Assembly (NCBI GenBank): GCA_040220235.1
Contig: JAVJTO010000126.1
Source: Coleofasciculus sp. B1-GNL1-01
GTDB taxonomy: Bacteria > Cyanobacteriota > Cyanobacteriia > Cyanobacteriales > Coleofasciculaceae
DNA: 40,015 nucleotides
Direction: 5' to 3' (one strand)
In this document: positions 17,961-28,060 of the stretch, piece after piece
How positions within the stretch are numbered: the first letter of the stretch is position 1
Layout: every line of letters starts with the position of its first letter
Notes under the pieces: model-generated
What the model was told of the DNA's origin: nothing
Seen by the model: only the letters and a program-made list of their open reading frames with translations
Database searches by the model: none
Program-made: the position numbers and the translations under genes

Positions 17961-18911
17961 TCAATTTCCTGCTGATATCAGTTGCTTGCCTTGGGGTGAA
18001 TTTGCATAACCTAAGAAGGCTTGAACCGCTGGATTCGCTGGGTTTTTGTAGACGTAATAGAGGGTTCGTTGATAGGGATACGTCGGTTGATCGGGAAGTA
18101 CACCATTAACAGCTAAAGAACGCACGGTTTTCTGGTTCATCACCTGCGTGTAAGTCGCATAACCAATTCCGTCATTCCCTAATGCGCGAAGTAGGGGTGT
18201 TGTCGCGTCTTGGGGTAGGGTGGTAATATTCGGCGTTGTGCCAAAATTTTCTCCAGCTAATACTAATTCTTGAAATGCTTGATGGGTGCCACTAATCGCG
18301 GGACGATTGATGACGCGGATGGCATTTGCAGCACCGCCGACTTGTGACCAATTGGTAATTTTTCCTTGGAAAATATCCTCGACTTGAGTCGGAGTTAGTC
18401 CGCCTGTAAGGGGATTATACACACCAACGACGATCGCGATCGCATCCGTGGCAATTGGCATAGCGACTAAGTTTTGACTTTGTTCTTGAGGAGTCAGAGG
18501 TCGAGAAATCGCCGCGATATCCGTGTTCCCAGCTAATAGGTTTTGAATTCCTTGATCAGAACCTCTGGCTTGGGGAATAACGGTTGTATTCGGAAATTGT
18601 TGTTCAAAGCCATTTTTGAGAGTTTGATTAATACCCACCATACTCGTAGAACCATCAATTCTCACCTGAGTACCACTCGCGACAGCCGTTGGCGGCGGAA
18701 ACGAAGCAGCCGCAGGGGTTGGTGTGGGGGCGGGTGGAGGTGTTGGAGAGACACCAGATGAGGTGGGAGGAGGAGTTGTGGGAACGGTGGTGTTGATGGT
18801 TGGGGTTTGATTCTTCAGATAAAACCATCCGTAGCCAGCCGCGAGTAAGACGAGGGTGCTCAGAATATAAGGGATGGGAGACGGATCACCATGTTTGATC
18901 ATCAGATTCAC
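17961..18911 (-). CDS. Membrane-anchored PstS-like substrate-binding protein with Pro/Thr linker
   Basis: VRIDGSTSM, GSDQGIQNL, DIAAISRPL, DAIAIVV, SGTHQAF, YPYQRTLYYVY; N-terminal TM helix. The start may be ATG 18902. Confidence 0.85.
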   Translation of the reverse strand: MNLMIKHGDPSPIPYILSTLVLLAAGYGWFYLKNQTPTINTTVPTTPPPTSSGVSPTPPPAPTPTPAAASFPPPTAVASGTQVRIDGSTSMVGINQTLKNGFEQQFPNTTVIPQARGSDQGIQNLLAGNTDIAAISRPLTPQEQSQNLVAMPIATDAIAIVVGVYNPLTGGLTPTQVEDIFQGKITNWSQVGGAANAIRVINRPAISGTHQAFQELVLAGENFGTTPNITTLPQDATTPLLRALGNDGIGYATYTQVMNQKTVRSLAVNGVLPDQPTYPYQRTLYYVYKNPANPAVQAFLGYANSPQGKQLISAGN

Positions 18912-18977
18912 CTTGAGTGGGAACAGATATCTAGATGAGGCAAAATCACCGATAATTTAGAAAGTTTAGAGAGGAGT

Positions 18978-19217
18978 TAAGCTGTTCGGCATTTAAACCT
19001 TAATGCCAATAATGGCGAATTCCTTGTATGTAGTGCGAGCATCTTGCTCGCTACTAAACATCTTGCTCGCTACTAAACATCTTGCTCGCTACTAAACATC
19101 TTGCTCGCTACTAAGCATCTTGCTCGCTACTAAGCATCTTGCTCGCTACTAAACATCTTGCTCGCTACTAAACATCTTGCTCGCTACTAATACCAAATTT
19201 AAATGCATGACAGCTTA
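18978..19217. mobile_element. AGCTGT-family MITE with internal tandem amplification
   Basis: Same TIRs and TA flanks as the 3226 and 39244 copies. Confidence 0.85.
19040..19190 (+). repeat. Tandem array, 8 x 19-bp CATCTTGCTCGCTACTAA(A/G)
   Basis: Units start at 19040, 19059, 19078, 19097, 19116, 19135, 19154 and 19173; there are no spacers. Confidence 0.95.
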
Positions 19218-19379
19218 CGACCTGCTGCTAATTTTATGCAAACAATGGCTCTTAATCACCAAAATTAACAAAACTCTACACTTCCACTTAGCTTAACCAA
19301 AGCTTAAACTAATCGTGCTTATCTATTGCCATCAGGAATGGATGATGCCATTAAAGAGTGGTATTGGTAAGCGCTAATC

Positions 19380-20735
19380 ATGAAATGTATTCAATGTCAG
19401 ACGGATAATAATTTACAAGAACGGACTGAACATCAGGGGCGGTGTAAAAATTGTGGGCATCCCTTTGCTTTTGAGCCGACGAGTATGGGTACACCAACAT
19501 TTACTGACCCATTTTTTGCCAAGGCGATCGCAGATATTTCGGCTAACGGTACTCTGTTTTTTACACCTAAGCAATTCTTGTATTTTTTGGATAGGCGTTT
19601 GAGGGGTCGGTTTGGAAGCGGTGACTATGGATGCTCTTTCACCGGTTGTGCATATGTGAGTTTTTTATTTTTCTTGATGTTATATATATTCTTTGCTGGC
19701 TTTATATATAATGTTTTATTGTTGAATAATATATTGCCAAAGTTGTATTTTATGGTACTATCAATTATACCCAGCTTATTGACAATTGCTTATTTGTTAA
19801 AGGTCAGCAAACCCACTAAAACAAACCGCGAAAGCTACGAATCCAATTCTAAACTATTAAGACTTACAGGAGTCTTAATAATCTTTGTCGGCTTTTATTT
19901 AAACTTAGTAACTTTAAATTCATTAATTGCATTTTCTCTTTACATCATCATAGGAATGATATCCATATATTTGGGAAGCCGACAATTAAATCATAAATAT
20001 AAAATTCCTAAGTTGTTGTTTATAGACCCAAACAAAGTTCAATATTGGCTGAATCACTGGACAGACGTTAATGGTTCATTAGAAAAAATGCTACCCTCTC
20101 CTCGTGAGGAGAATACCGAAGCCGAAATCAGTCCAGATATCAGCGCCTATAGTTTTGACCGAGTAGTCGTTTGTGATAGTGCGACTATTGCACAACTCCT
20201 GATTGCGAATAATTTCCACTTTGAAAATAACTGCGCTGTTCTCAGTATCAATGGCTATCCCCGAAGAATTTTTAGAACAGTCTTACAAATGTTAAAACGT
20301 AATCCAGAATTAAAAGTTTATGCCCTCCATGATGCCAGTCCTCGTGGCGTCAGATTGCTTCATCACCTGCGAACTAGCCAAAACTGGTTTGCCGAAAGTA
20401 CAGTGACACTTTACGATTTGGGATTACTTCCTCGTCATATATTAAACAGCAAACGTAATTTTTTTGTCCGAGGATCAGCAGAATCAGCGCAACAGGCAAA
20501 ACAATTATCTCCAGATGTGCGGCAGAATTTGTCGGCAGAGGAACTAGAATGGTTAGAGTTGGGTAATTTTGTAGAATTGGAATCCTTTACTCCCCGAAGG
20601 TTGTTACAAATCGTGAGTCAAGGAATTGCTAGAAGACAGCTTTCTCCAGATGGCACAGATTCAGCTTTTGTAGAAATCGAGAGCGATTCGAGTAGTGGTG
20701 AATCTTATTTGTTAGCCTCTGAAAGTTTTGGTTAA
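19380..20735 (+). CDS. Hypothetical membrane protein: N-terminal Zn ribbon, 4 TM helices, C-terminal TOPRIM-like domain
   Basis: CIQC...CKNC; four hydrophobic segments; RVVVCD...LSINGYP...VYALHDASPRG...DLGLLP...VELESF. Confidence 0.8.
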   Translation: MKCIQCQTDNNLQERTEHQGRCKNCGHPFAFEPTSMGTPTFTDPFFAKAIADISANGTLFFTPKQFLYFLDRRLRGRFGSGDYGCSFTGCAYVSFLFFLMLYIFFAGFIYNVLLLNNILPKLYFMVLSIIPSLLTIAYLLKVSKPTKTNRESYESNSKLLRLTGVLIIFVGFYLNLVTLNSLIAFSLYIIIGMISIYLGSRQLNHKYKIPKLLFIDPNKVQYWLNHWTDVNGSLEKMLPSPREENTEAEISPDISAYSFDRVVVCDSATIAQLLIANNFHFENNCAVLSINGYPRRIFRTVLQMLKRNPELKVYALHDASPRGVRLLHHLRTSQNWFAESTVTLYDLGLLPRHILNSKRNFFVRGSAESAQQAKQLSPDVRQNLSAEELEWLELGNFVELESFTPRRLLQIVSQGIARRQLSPDGTDSAFVEIESDSSSGESYLLASESFG

Positions 20736-20856
20736 GCTGTAATACATTTAAGTTGGGTATTGGAATCACCTCCAAATAACAAATATATTCCGATTCCCTC
20801 CCCTTGCAGGGGAGGGCTAGGGAGGGGTCTTTTCTTCAACCAACAGCATCGATATC

Positions 20857-21711
20857 TTAATTCTCCTTTAACGCCATTGCATGATGGCGAATATGGTCTT
20901 CCACAAACGAGGAAATGAAATAATAACTGTGATTGTACCCTTCTTGGAAACGTAATGTTAAAGGAACCCCAGCTTTTTCACAAGCTTGGGCAAAGATACC
21001 AGGAAGCAATTGCTGCTTTTCCAAAAAAGGATCGGCTGTCCCTTGATCAATCAAAATTGGGCGCTTATATCCAACATTCAAAACTAATTCGCTAGCATCA
21101 TAGATATCCCAATTTTCTTCATCCTCACCCAAATAATTCGTAAATGCTTTTTGTCCCCAAGGACATTGTGTTGGTGCAGCAATGGGGGCTAACGCAGAAA
21201 CAGAGGTATATTGCTCAGGATTTCTTAAAGCACAAATCAGCGCCCCATGACCCCCCATGGAATGACCAAAAATGCCCTGATGATCAATTTGAGCCGGGAA
21301 ATGTTGGGCAATAATTGCTGGCAATTCCTCAACGACATAGCTATACATTTGATAATGGTCTGACCAGGGTTCTACTGTCGCATCGACGTAAAAACCCGCG
21401 CCAGTACCGAAGTCCCAGTCGTCATTTTCTCCCGGAATTCCCGTATCGCGGGGACTGGTATCTGGTGCCACCAGCATTAATTCATGCTCCGCCGCAAACT
21501 TCTGCGCCCCAGCTTTTGCCATGAAATTTTCTTCGGTACAGGTTAAGCCAGAAAGGAAATAGAGAACGGGGACTCGTTCGGATTTGGCTTGAGGCGGTTG
21601 GTAGACAGCAAACCGCATTTTACTGTTGCAGGTTTGAGAGTGATGGGAGTAAAAGCCAACTGTACCACCGAAGCATCGATTTTCTGAGATAATTTTAGGG
21701 GCTGTGGACAT
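20857..21711 (-). CDS. fghA: S-formylglutathione hydrolase
   Basis: VLYFLSGLTCTEENF, PDTSPR, WDFGTGAGFYVDAT, GIFGHSMGGHGAL, GYNHSYYFI. Confidence 0.96.
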   Translation of the reverse strand: MSTAPKIISENRCFGGTVGFYSHHSQTCNSKMRFAVYQPPQAKSERVPVLYFLSGLTCTEENFMAKAGAQKFAAEHELMLVAPDTSPRDTGIPGENDDWDFGTGAGFYVDATVEPWSDHYQMYSYVVEELPAIIAQHFPAQIDHQGIFGHSMGGHGALICALRNPEQYTSVSALAPIAAPTQCPWGQKAFTNYLGEDEENWDIYDASELVLNVGYKRPILIDQGTADPFLEKQQLLPGIFAQACEKAGVPLTLRFQEGYNHSYYFISSFVEDHIRHHAMALKEN

Positions 21712-22486
21712 AAATTAATTGTGTAGTGAGCAGCAGTAGATGTGGCTTTTAAAGTCGGCTGTTTTGATACCTGACGCACAACCCATACCCGCAAGAAGGC
21801 TAATATTCGCTATTGATCCGATAAAGCATGAAGCAAGCGTCAGTCCTATTCTATTGTCCCACAGACAGGCGATCATCGTCTGCTTTAGATTAGTGATTAT
21901 TATGAATCACTGCTCATGGGATCAAGTTGTCACAGGTTGAGAAAACTGCTAAGGTATCCGCGATCGCTCATCTTGAAAAAATTTTCCCCTATCCCTTACC
22001 TACCCTAGCTTTCGATGAAGTGATAGGGAAAGCGCGATCGCAGGATGGTGGAATAGTCTAGAATCGAAGCACAATCCGGATTGTGCGGCTATAGTAGAGT
22101 AGATTTACCTTGAATTCTAGACCTAAGGTAGCTTAAAATACCCACCTGGAAAAATTCTATCCCCCCTCCCAGGCTTGGGAAAGGGGATAGGGGTGAGGGC
22201 AAAACCTGTCTGTCAATTCCGAGCATTTTGGTTTAAATTGATACCAATATCAGGAACTATAGAAATTCTTATAACCCTGGTGATACTGCCTAGAAACGTT
22301 TTAAAATCCTTGGGGATGGACAATTGAGCCTTTCTCGTTTTCAATTAGAAAACGGAGAACAGCTAGAGAAACCCCCAAGAGACTCAATGAGGTATAAACT
22401 CATAAGGAGTCAAGTCTCACCAACGGCAGTCAGCCTGTATCAGTAACAATGTGTGGTAGTTCAGTTTTAAATGTGAGGTAAGAGCG

Positions 22487-23164
22487 ATGAGTGATGGTAT
22501 GGCATTCCTAACAGGGGCTGCCTTTGCGGGGGTAGCGGTTCTGTTTATGATGAAAGGCGGAGACAGTCTTGGCATTACCAATGCCCCTCCCTCTCAAACC
22601 GCTCAACTTCCACAGAGCAATCCTTATAATCCCTATAATCCGACTTATGGGCAGAACCCGCAAATGCCAGTTCAGACGACACCGGGTTTTGCAGGTAATG
22701 ATTTTGAACAGCAACAGGTTACAGTAGAACGCTTGAAAGGCATGCTGGAACAGCAACGCGCCGAAACGGAACAGCTAAAAGCTCAAGTGCAAAACCAGCA
22801 AGCGTTGATTGACAATCTTATGGGACAAACTAATCCCAATAATCCCAATAGTTTCATACCACCTCGGATTGAAGCAGCGCCCCCTGTAACTCCTGTTCAG
22901 CAGTCTGAGCAAGATAATTCGATTATTTCCGGCTTGGTTTGGGGATTGGGTGGTATGGCGGTAACAATTAGTGGTGGTGTTGTAGTTGTGGGATTATTGG
23001 CAGTGCTGTCGCGACAACAACAACCACGTCCTCCTCGGACGACTTACGTGGTTCCCCATCCCTACAATGCGCTTCCTTATGCCCCCTCAGCTAGGCGGCG
23101 CACTGAAGTAATACCGCCTCCTCTTGATGATAGACAAGTGGATTATGTGGAATATGAGCGTTAG
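22487..23164 (+). CDS. PatN-like (heterocyst-differentiation-related) membrane protein
   Basis: Hydrophobic N-terminus (MSDGMAFLTGAAFAGVAVLF), Gln-rich coiled coil, Gly-rich TM (GLVWGLGGMAVTISGGVVVVG); GAGG RBS. The family call rests on recalled similarity. Confidence 0.65.
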   Translation: MSDGMAFLTGAAFAGVAVLFMMKGGDSLGITNAPPSQTAQLPQSNPYNPYNPTYGQNPQMPVQTTPGFAGNDFEQQQVTVERLKGMLEQQRAETEQLKAQVQNQQALIDNLMGQTNPNNPNSFIPPRIEAAPPVTPVQQSEQDNSIISGLVWGLGGMAVTISGGVVVVGLLAVLSRQQQPRPPRTTYVVPHPYNALPYAPSARRRTEVIPPPLDDRQVDYVEYER

Positions 23165-23213
23165 TCCAAAAAGGCAGAAGACAGAGGACAAACCTACACC
23201 TGTCAGCCTTATA

Positions 23214-23346
23214 GATCCCCCTCCCGTCCCCCTTCAAAAGGGGGAAGCCAGCGGATGCTTCGCTTTTTTTGCACGGGAGAGGGGAGTAAGAGAATCCGAT
23301 CCCCCTTCTCCCCACGGTGGGAGAAGGGGTTAGGGGATGAGGGGGA
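23214..23346. repeat. C/G-rich palindromic repeat cluster
   Basis: GGGGGAAGCCAGCGGATGCTTCGCTTTTTTTGCACGGGAGAGGG recurs inverted at about 39789-39833; CCCCTTCTCCC...GGGAGAAGGGG hairpin. Confidence 0.65.
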
Positions 23347-23403
23347 AAATGTCAAGGAGTAGATAGACACAACTTAAAACCTTGTCAGTATTAGTTTGCA
23401 CCT

Positions 23404-23508
23404 TACAGCAGTTTGCTCTGCTATGCGGTACATTGTCGATCCCCCTAAATCCCCCTTAAAAAGGGGGACTTTGATCTACTGTACTTTATTACAGCGCAAA
23501 GCGCTGTA
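23404..23508. mobile_element. CAGC-family MITE carrying a TCCCCCTTAAAAAGGGGGA hairpin
   Basis: TA-CAGCAGTTTGC...GTACA / TGTAC...GCAAAGCGCTG-TA. Confidence 0.7.
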
Positions 23509-23654
23509 AGTTGATACCAATGCGTACCCAACGCTCCCCTACGGGAGAGCGTGGGCTTCTGATGCCTTGAATAAGACGCTAACTTGCTACCCTAAAAATA
23601 GGAATTCTCCCATCCACCCAAGCCCACGGCATCAAGCGTGCAGATAACAAATGT

Positions 23655-25736
23655 ATGAGTATTAAAGACAAACCGAAATCGCCACACGGTCGCCAGATTG
23701 GTCTTATTCTATTAGTTCTGGCGAGTGTATCCTTACTGGGGTACTTGTTTGTACCCAAATCCCCTCGGTTTCCCCTAGTACCCTATAGCGAATTTCTCGA
23801 CCAACTGGACGACGGAAAAGTCACACGGGTTTCGGTGGGGGAAGACCAAGTGATTTTTCAGCTTAAGCCAGCCCAAGATCCGCTGAAGGCGACTCAAGAC
23901 TTGCTGCAAGCCACTCAAGATCCTCTCCAAGCCACTCAAGACTTGCTGGAAACGCCAAAACCGCCCCTAGACACAGAAGTAGAACCGGATCTGGATACAC
24001 CCGACAATCCGTTAAATTCAACATCTGACGATCCGCTCAACCCAACCGATGAACTGCTCAACGAGGATGAGCAACAAGGACAAATCTATGCCACACTCCG
24101 GGTTTATGATCCAGACTTGGTGAACACGCTTCAGGAACAGGAGATTGAATTTTTTGCTGCGCCTCCTCCCAAAAATGGTTGGTTACTGAGTCTGTTAAGT
24201 TGGGTGGTTCCGCCGCTAATCCTCGTCGCCGCCTTTCAGTTTTTCCTGCGTCGCAATGACAGAGATGCTGAAGGTGCGCTTTCGTTTAGTAAAAGTAAGG
24301 CAAAGGTTTATGTAGAAGGAGAATCGGCTAAAATTACCTTTGCTAATGTCGCCGGGGCGGAGGAAGCTAAGACAGAATTAGTGGAAATTGTCGAATTCCT
24401 ACAAAACCCCGATCGCTTTACCGAAATTGGGGCGCGAATCCCCAAAGGGGTACTGCTGGTGGGACCTCCGGGAACGGGAAAAACACTCTTGGCAAAAGCG
24501 GTAGCTGGGGAAGCCGGGGTTCCTTTCTTTAGTATTTCTGCTTCGGAGTTTGTGGAACTGTTTGTAGGAACGGGTGCTGCGCGGGTGCGGGATTTGTTTG
24601 AGCAGGCAAAAAAGAAAGCGCCCTGTATTATCTTTATTGATGAATTAGATGCGATCGGCAAATCTCGGAGTAGCGGGAATTTCCATAGTGGCGGAAATGA
24701 TGAACGGGAACAGACGCTGAACCAATTGCTCACTGAGATGGATGGCTTTGCGGCTGGCGATGCGACGGTAATTGTCCTAGCGGCGACAAACCGCCCAGAA
24801 AGCTTAGACCGCGCCTTGTTACGTCCAGGACGCTTTGACCGTCAAGTATTGGTTGACCGTCCTGATTTAGCTGGGCGTAAAGAAATATTAAGCATTTATG
24901 CCCAGAAAGTAAAATTGGGCGAGGATGTGGATCTGCACGCGATCGCAACTCGGACACCTGGGTTTGCTGGGGCGGATTTAGCCAATCTAGTCAATGAAGC
25001 CGCCTTATTAGCTGCCCGCAGGCGACAGGATACCATTGCTCAAGCCGACTTTGCCGAAGCTATTGAACGAGTCGTGGCGGGATTGGAGAAGAAAAGCCGG
25101 GTTCTCAGCGATGTCGAGAAGAAGATTGTCGCCTATCACGAAGTTGGTCATGCTTTAGTGGGTGCGTTAATGCCAGGGAGTGGTAAAGTCGCGAAGATTT
25201 CCATTGTGCCACGGGGAATGTCTGCGTTGGGATACACACTGCAACTCCCCACAGAAGACCGTTTTTTGATGAATGAAGTGGAACTTCGCGGCGATATTGC
25301 CACCCTATTAGGAGGACGCGCTGCTGAAGAAATTGTCTTTGGTAATATCACCACCGGGGCTGCAAATGATTTGCAACGCGCCACAGAGTTAGCTGAACGC
25401 ATGGTCACGACTTATGGGATGAGTAAAGTTTTGGGTCCTTTGGCGTATAATCAGGCTCAAGGCAATAGTTTTCTGGGCAATAGTGGCGGGAATATACGCC
25501 GGAGTGTGAGTGATGAAACGGCAAAAGCGATTGATGTGGAAGTGCGAGAAATTGTGGAAACCTCTCATCAGAAAGCCTTAGCGATTCTCAATCACAATCG
25601 CGATTTACTCGAACAAATTGCCCAACAGATATTAGCAACGGAGGTGATTGAAGGGGAAGATTTACAAAATCTGCTGCAACAAGTGCGCCCAGCGGATAAT
25701 TTTGTCGCCTTGGAGGATAATCGCGTAGCGTCATAG
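23655..25736 (+). CDS. ftsH: ATP-dependent zinc metalloprotease FtsH (FtsH4-like)
   Basis: Two TMs, Walker A GPPGTGKT, Walker [37 protein letters not shown] Zn motif. Confidence 0.97.
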   Translation: MSIKDKPKSPHGRQIGLILLVLASVSLLGYLFVPKSPRFPLVPYSEFLDQLDDGKVTRVSVGEDQVIFQLKPAQDPLKATQDLLQATQDPLQATQDLLETPKPPLDTEVEPDLDTPDNPLNSTSDDPLNPTDELLNEDEQQGQIYATLRVYDPDLVNTLQEQEIEFFAAPPPKNGWLLSLLSWVVPPLILVAAFQFFLRRNDRDAEGALSFSKSKAKVYVEGESAKITFANVAGAEEAKTELVEIVEFLQNPDRFTEIGARIPKGVLLVGPPGTGKTLLAKAVAGEAGVPFFSISASEFVELFVGTGAARVRDLFEQAKKKAPCIIFIDELDAIGKSRSSGNFHSGGNDEREQTLNQLLTEMDGFAAGDATVIVLAATNRPESLDRALLRPGRFDRQVLVDRPDLAGRKEILSIYAQKVKLGEDVDLHAIATRTPGFAGADLANLVNEAALLAARRRQDTIAQADFAEAIERVVAGLEKKSRVLSDVEKKIVAYHEVGHALVGALMPGSGKVAKISIVPRGMSALGYTLQLPTEDRFLMNEVELRGDIATLLGGRAAEEIVFGNITTGAANDLQRATELAERMVTTYGMSKVLGPLAYNQAQGNSFLGNSGGNIRRSVSDETAKAIDVEVREIVETSHQKALAILNHNRDLLEQIAQQILATEVIEGEDLQNLLQQVRPADNFVALEDNRVAS

Positions 25737-25737
25737 A

Positions 25738-25917
25738 AGAGATGGGGAAGATGAGGGAGATGGGGGAGATGGGGAAGATGGGGGAGATGGGGAAGATGAG
25801 GAAGATTGAATGATTATATCGTTATTTTTCGTCCTAATGTCACTAAACCCACCCCTCTAAATTATGTATTGCCTATTACCGAATTCCCTGTTCCCTGTTC
25901 CCTATTCCCTGTTCCCT
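25738..25917. repeat. Short tandem repeats (GATGGGGAA-like 9/10-mers; TTCCCTG heptamers)
   Basis: Seen directly; STRR-like repeats are typical of filamentous cyanobacteria. Confidence 0.85.
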
Positions 25918-25929
25918 CTTGTTTGACAA

Positions 25930-27300
25930 ATGATAAAATCCCTCCATATTCTAAACCGTCTCAGTTTTGGTACTCGTCCCGGTGATATTGAACAAATCCA
26001 ATCGATGGGGATTGAGGCTTATATTCAATCTCAACTTTCGCCAGACTCCATTCCCGAATCTCCACAAATAACTCGCCAGCTTAATCAATGGCGTACTCTT
26101 AAACTGACTCCAGTTCAATTACTCAGACAGTATAAACCTCGCCGCCAGAAACAGCGTTCAGAGGAGGAACGTCAGCAAGCTCGCCAAAAAGCTAAACAAC
26201 CCTTACAGCAAGCAATACAGGCGCGATTACTGCGTGCGATCGCCAGTCCTCGGCAATTGCAAGAGGTGATGGTAAACTTTTGGTTTAATCACTTTAATAT
26301 CTTTGCTAAAAAAGGAGATGTTAAATTCTGGGTGAGTGCCTATGAACAACAAGCGATTCGACCTTATGCGCTGGGTCATTTTCGAGATTTATTAGCCGCA
26401 ACGGTTCATCATCCGGCGATGTTAGTTTATTTAGATAACTGGCGCAATACTGCCCCTAATAGTCCGGGAGCAAAAGGGAGATTTCGCGGTATTAATGAGA
26501 ACTATGCCCGTGAATTGATGGAACTTCATACCTTGGGTGTTGATGGCGGCTATAGTCAGGATGATGTAATTGCTTTGGCTCATATTCTAACCGGATGGGG
26601 ATTGGATTTGGATGGGAATAAGGGGGATAGCAATGGCTTTTATTTTGATAGAAACCGCCATGACTATAGTGATAAACTGTTTCTGGGTCAACGGATAAAA
26701 GGCAGTGGTGTGGCGGAAGTGGAACAGGCGATCGATAGTTTAGCGAGTCATCCAGCAACTGCCCGTTATATTAGTTATAAACTTGCCCAATACTTTGTCG
26801 CCGATCAGCCGCCTTCTGGTTTAGTAAAGCAACTGGCTAAGGAATTTTTGCAGACAGAGGGAAATATTCGGGCTGTCTTAGAAATCCTTTTTAAAAGCCC
26901 TGAGTTTTGGCAGGCAAATGAGTATGGTCGTAAATTTAAGACTCCCTATCACTATATTATTTCCGCTGTCCGGGCGACGGGGACAAAAGAGCCAAATTTA
27001 AAGCGGATTTCGGGTATGTTAAATCAACTGAGTATGCCGCTTTATAACTGTTCCACGCCTGAGGGCTATAAAAATACTCAAGAGGCTTGGTTGAGTCCCG
27101 ATGCGATGCTGCGGCGGGTTAGTTTGGCAACGGCGATAGCCCAGGGGCGTTTGGGTGATAATCAATCAGTGGATGCGAGTCAACTTCTGAATACATTAGG
27201 TGATAGTATTTCGGCTCAAACTAAAATGGAGATTGAGAATAGTCCCGAAAAGTTACAGGCAGCTTTGATTTTAGGAAGTCCTGATATGATGTATCGATAA
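25930..27300 (+). CDS. DUF1800 family protein
   Basis: LNRLSFG, QLQEVMVNFWFNHFN, HPAMLVYLDN, NENYARELMELHTLGVDGGYSQDDV, HPATARYIS, KFKTP. Confidence 0.93.
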   Translation: MIKSLHILNRLSFGTRPGDIEQIQSMGIEAYIQSQLSPDSIPESPQITRQLNQWRTLKLTPVQLLRQYKPRRQKQRSEEERQQARQKAKQPLQQAIQARLLRAIASPRQLQEVMVNFWFNHFNIFAKKGDVKFWVSAYEQQAIRPYALGHFRDLLAATVHHPAMLVYLDNWRNTAPNSPGAKGRFRGINENYARELMELHTLGVDGGYSQDDVIALAHILTGWGLDLDGNKGDSNGFYFDRNRHDYSDKLFLGQRIKGSGVAEVEQAIDSLASHPATARYISYKLAQYFVADQPPSGLVKQLAKEFLQTEGNIRAVLEILFKSPEFWQANEYGRKFKTPYHYIISAVRATGTKEPNLKRISGMLNQLSMPLYNCSTPEGYKNTQEAWLSPDAMLRRVSLATAIAQGRLGDNQSVDASQLLNTLGDSISAQTKMEIENSPEKLQAALILGSPDMMYR

Positions 27301-27337
27301 TGGCTCAATTAAACTCGGTAACAGTCAAGGAGAGAAT

Positions 27338-27754
27338 ATGGGGAAGAAGTCACATCGAAAAAGGAATAATAAGGCAACTAGAGACTGTCTAAAGGACATT
27401 AAATCTATTCCTGAGGATGCAGTAGGCGAGATCCTAGTAGAAGCGGCTCGTTTGCAGGCTGAAGCTAATAAAACTTACTCCTTAGCGGATCTAAAACAAA
27501 TTGGTTCAGAGGCAGGAATTACGCCACATCTTGTTGATACAGCGGTCAGAAATATAGAAGAAAAACGGGGGCGCAAAAAGAAAAAACAACAGAAACTACA
27601 AAAGCAGATAAAAAAACAAGTAAAAAAAGGCATATCTGTGGGAATTTCGCTGATGATTCCAGCAATTATTGTGTCCAGTCTTTTTATATTTAGAGCGCCG
27701 TTGCAGCCAGTCATATCCGAGTTTATATCGCGCTTCGACTCTGACCAAAAGTGA
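27338..27754 (+). CDS. Hypothetical membrane protein (possibly the 5' part of a frameshifted gene)
   Basis: AAGGAG RBS; EILVEAARLQ...YSLADLKQIGSEAGI helical domain, Lys-rich coil, one TM. Confidence 0.7.
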   Translation: MGKKSHRKRNNKATRDCLKDIKSIPEDAVGEILVEAARLQAEANKTYSLADLKQIGSEAGITPHLVDTAVRNIEEKRGRKKKKQQKLQKQIKKQVKKGISVGISLMIPAIIVSSLFIFRAPLQPVISEFISRFDSDQK

Positions 27755-27984
27755 TGTTGCAAGACAATTTTCGCCGTGTGGTTTTGGGGAAGACTAAGCA
27801 GGAATTGATTCAAGCAGTCGGTAGACCTGATAGCACATTGGATTTGGGTAAAATCATCTGGAATAATGTTAGTTATTGGGATTATGATGATCAAACGTTA
27901 GATGCCGCTTCTGGTAAAATCAGTTCTGCAACTGTGAGATTTGAAAATAATGTCGTTGAGGATATAAGTTTCTCTGCTTACTAA
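27751..27984 (+). CDS. Small SmpA/BamE-like fold protein (possibly the 3' part of the same gene)
   Basis: VLGKTKQELIQAVGRPD...WDY...TVRFENNVV pattern; overlaps the previous stop (GTGA). Confidence 0.55.
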   Translation: MMLQDNFRRVVLGKTKQELIQAVGRPDSTLDLGKIIWNNVSYWDYDDQTLDAASGKISSATVRFENNVVEDISFSAY

Positions 27985-28060
27985 GCCCAAGTCATGAATA
28001 AAAGTGAGTTTTGTTAGTCGGTTATTGGTGATAAAGTAGCTGGAGTGGCTAAACCCGCCC

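Noticed and set aside
19040..19190. Possible CRISPR array
   Set aside because: The 19-bp units are contiguous with no spacers, derive from a MITE hairpin, and there are no cas genes.
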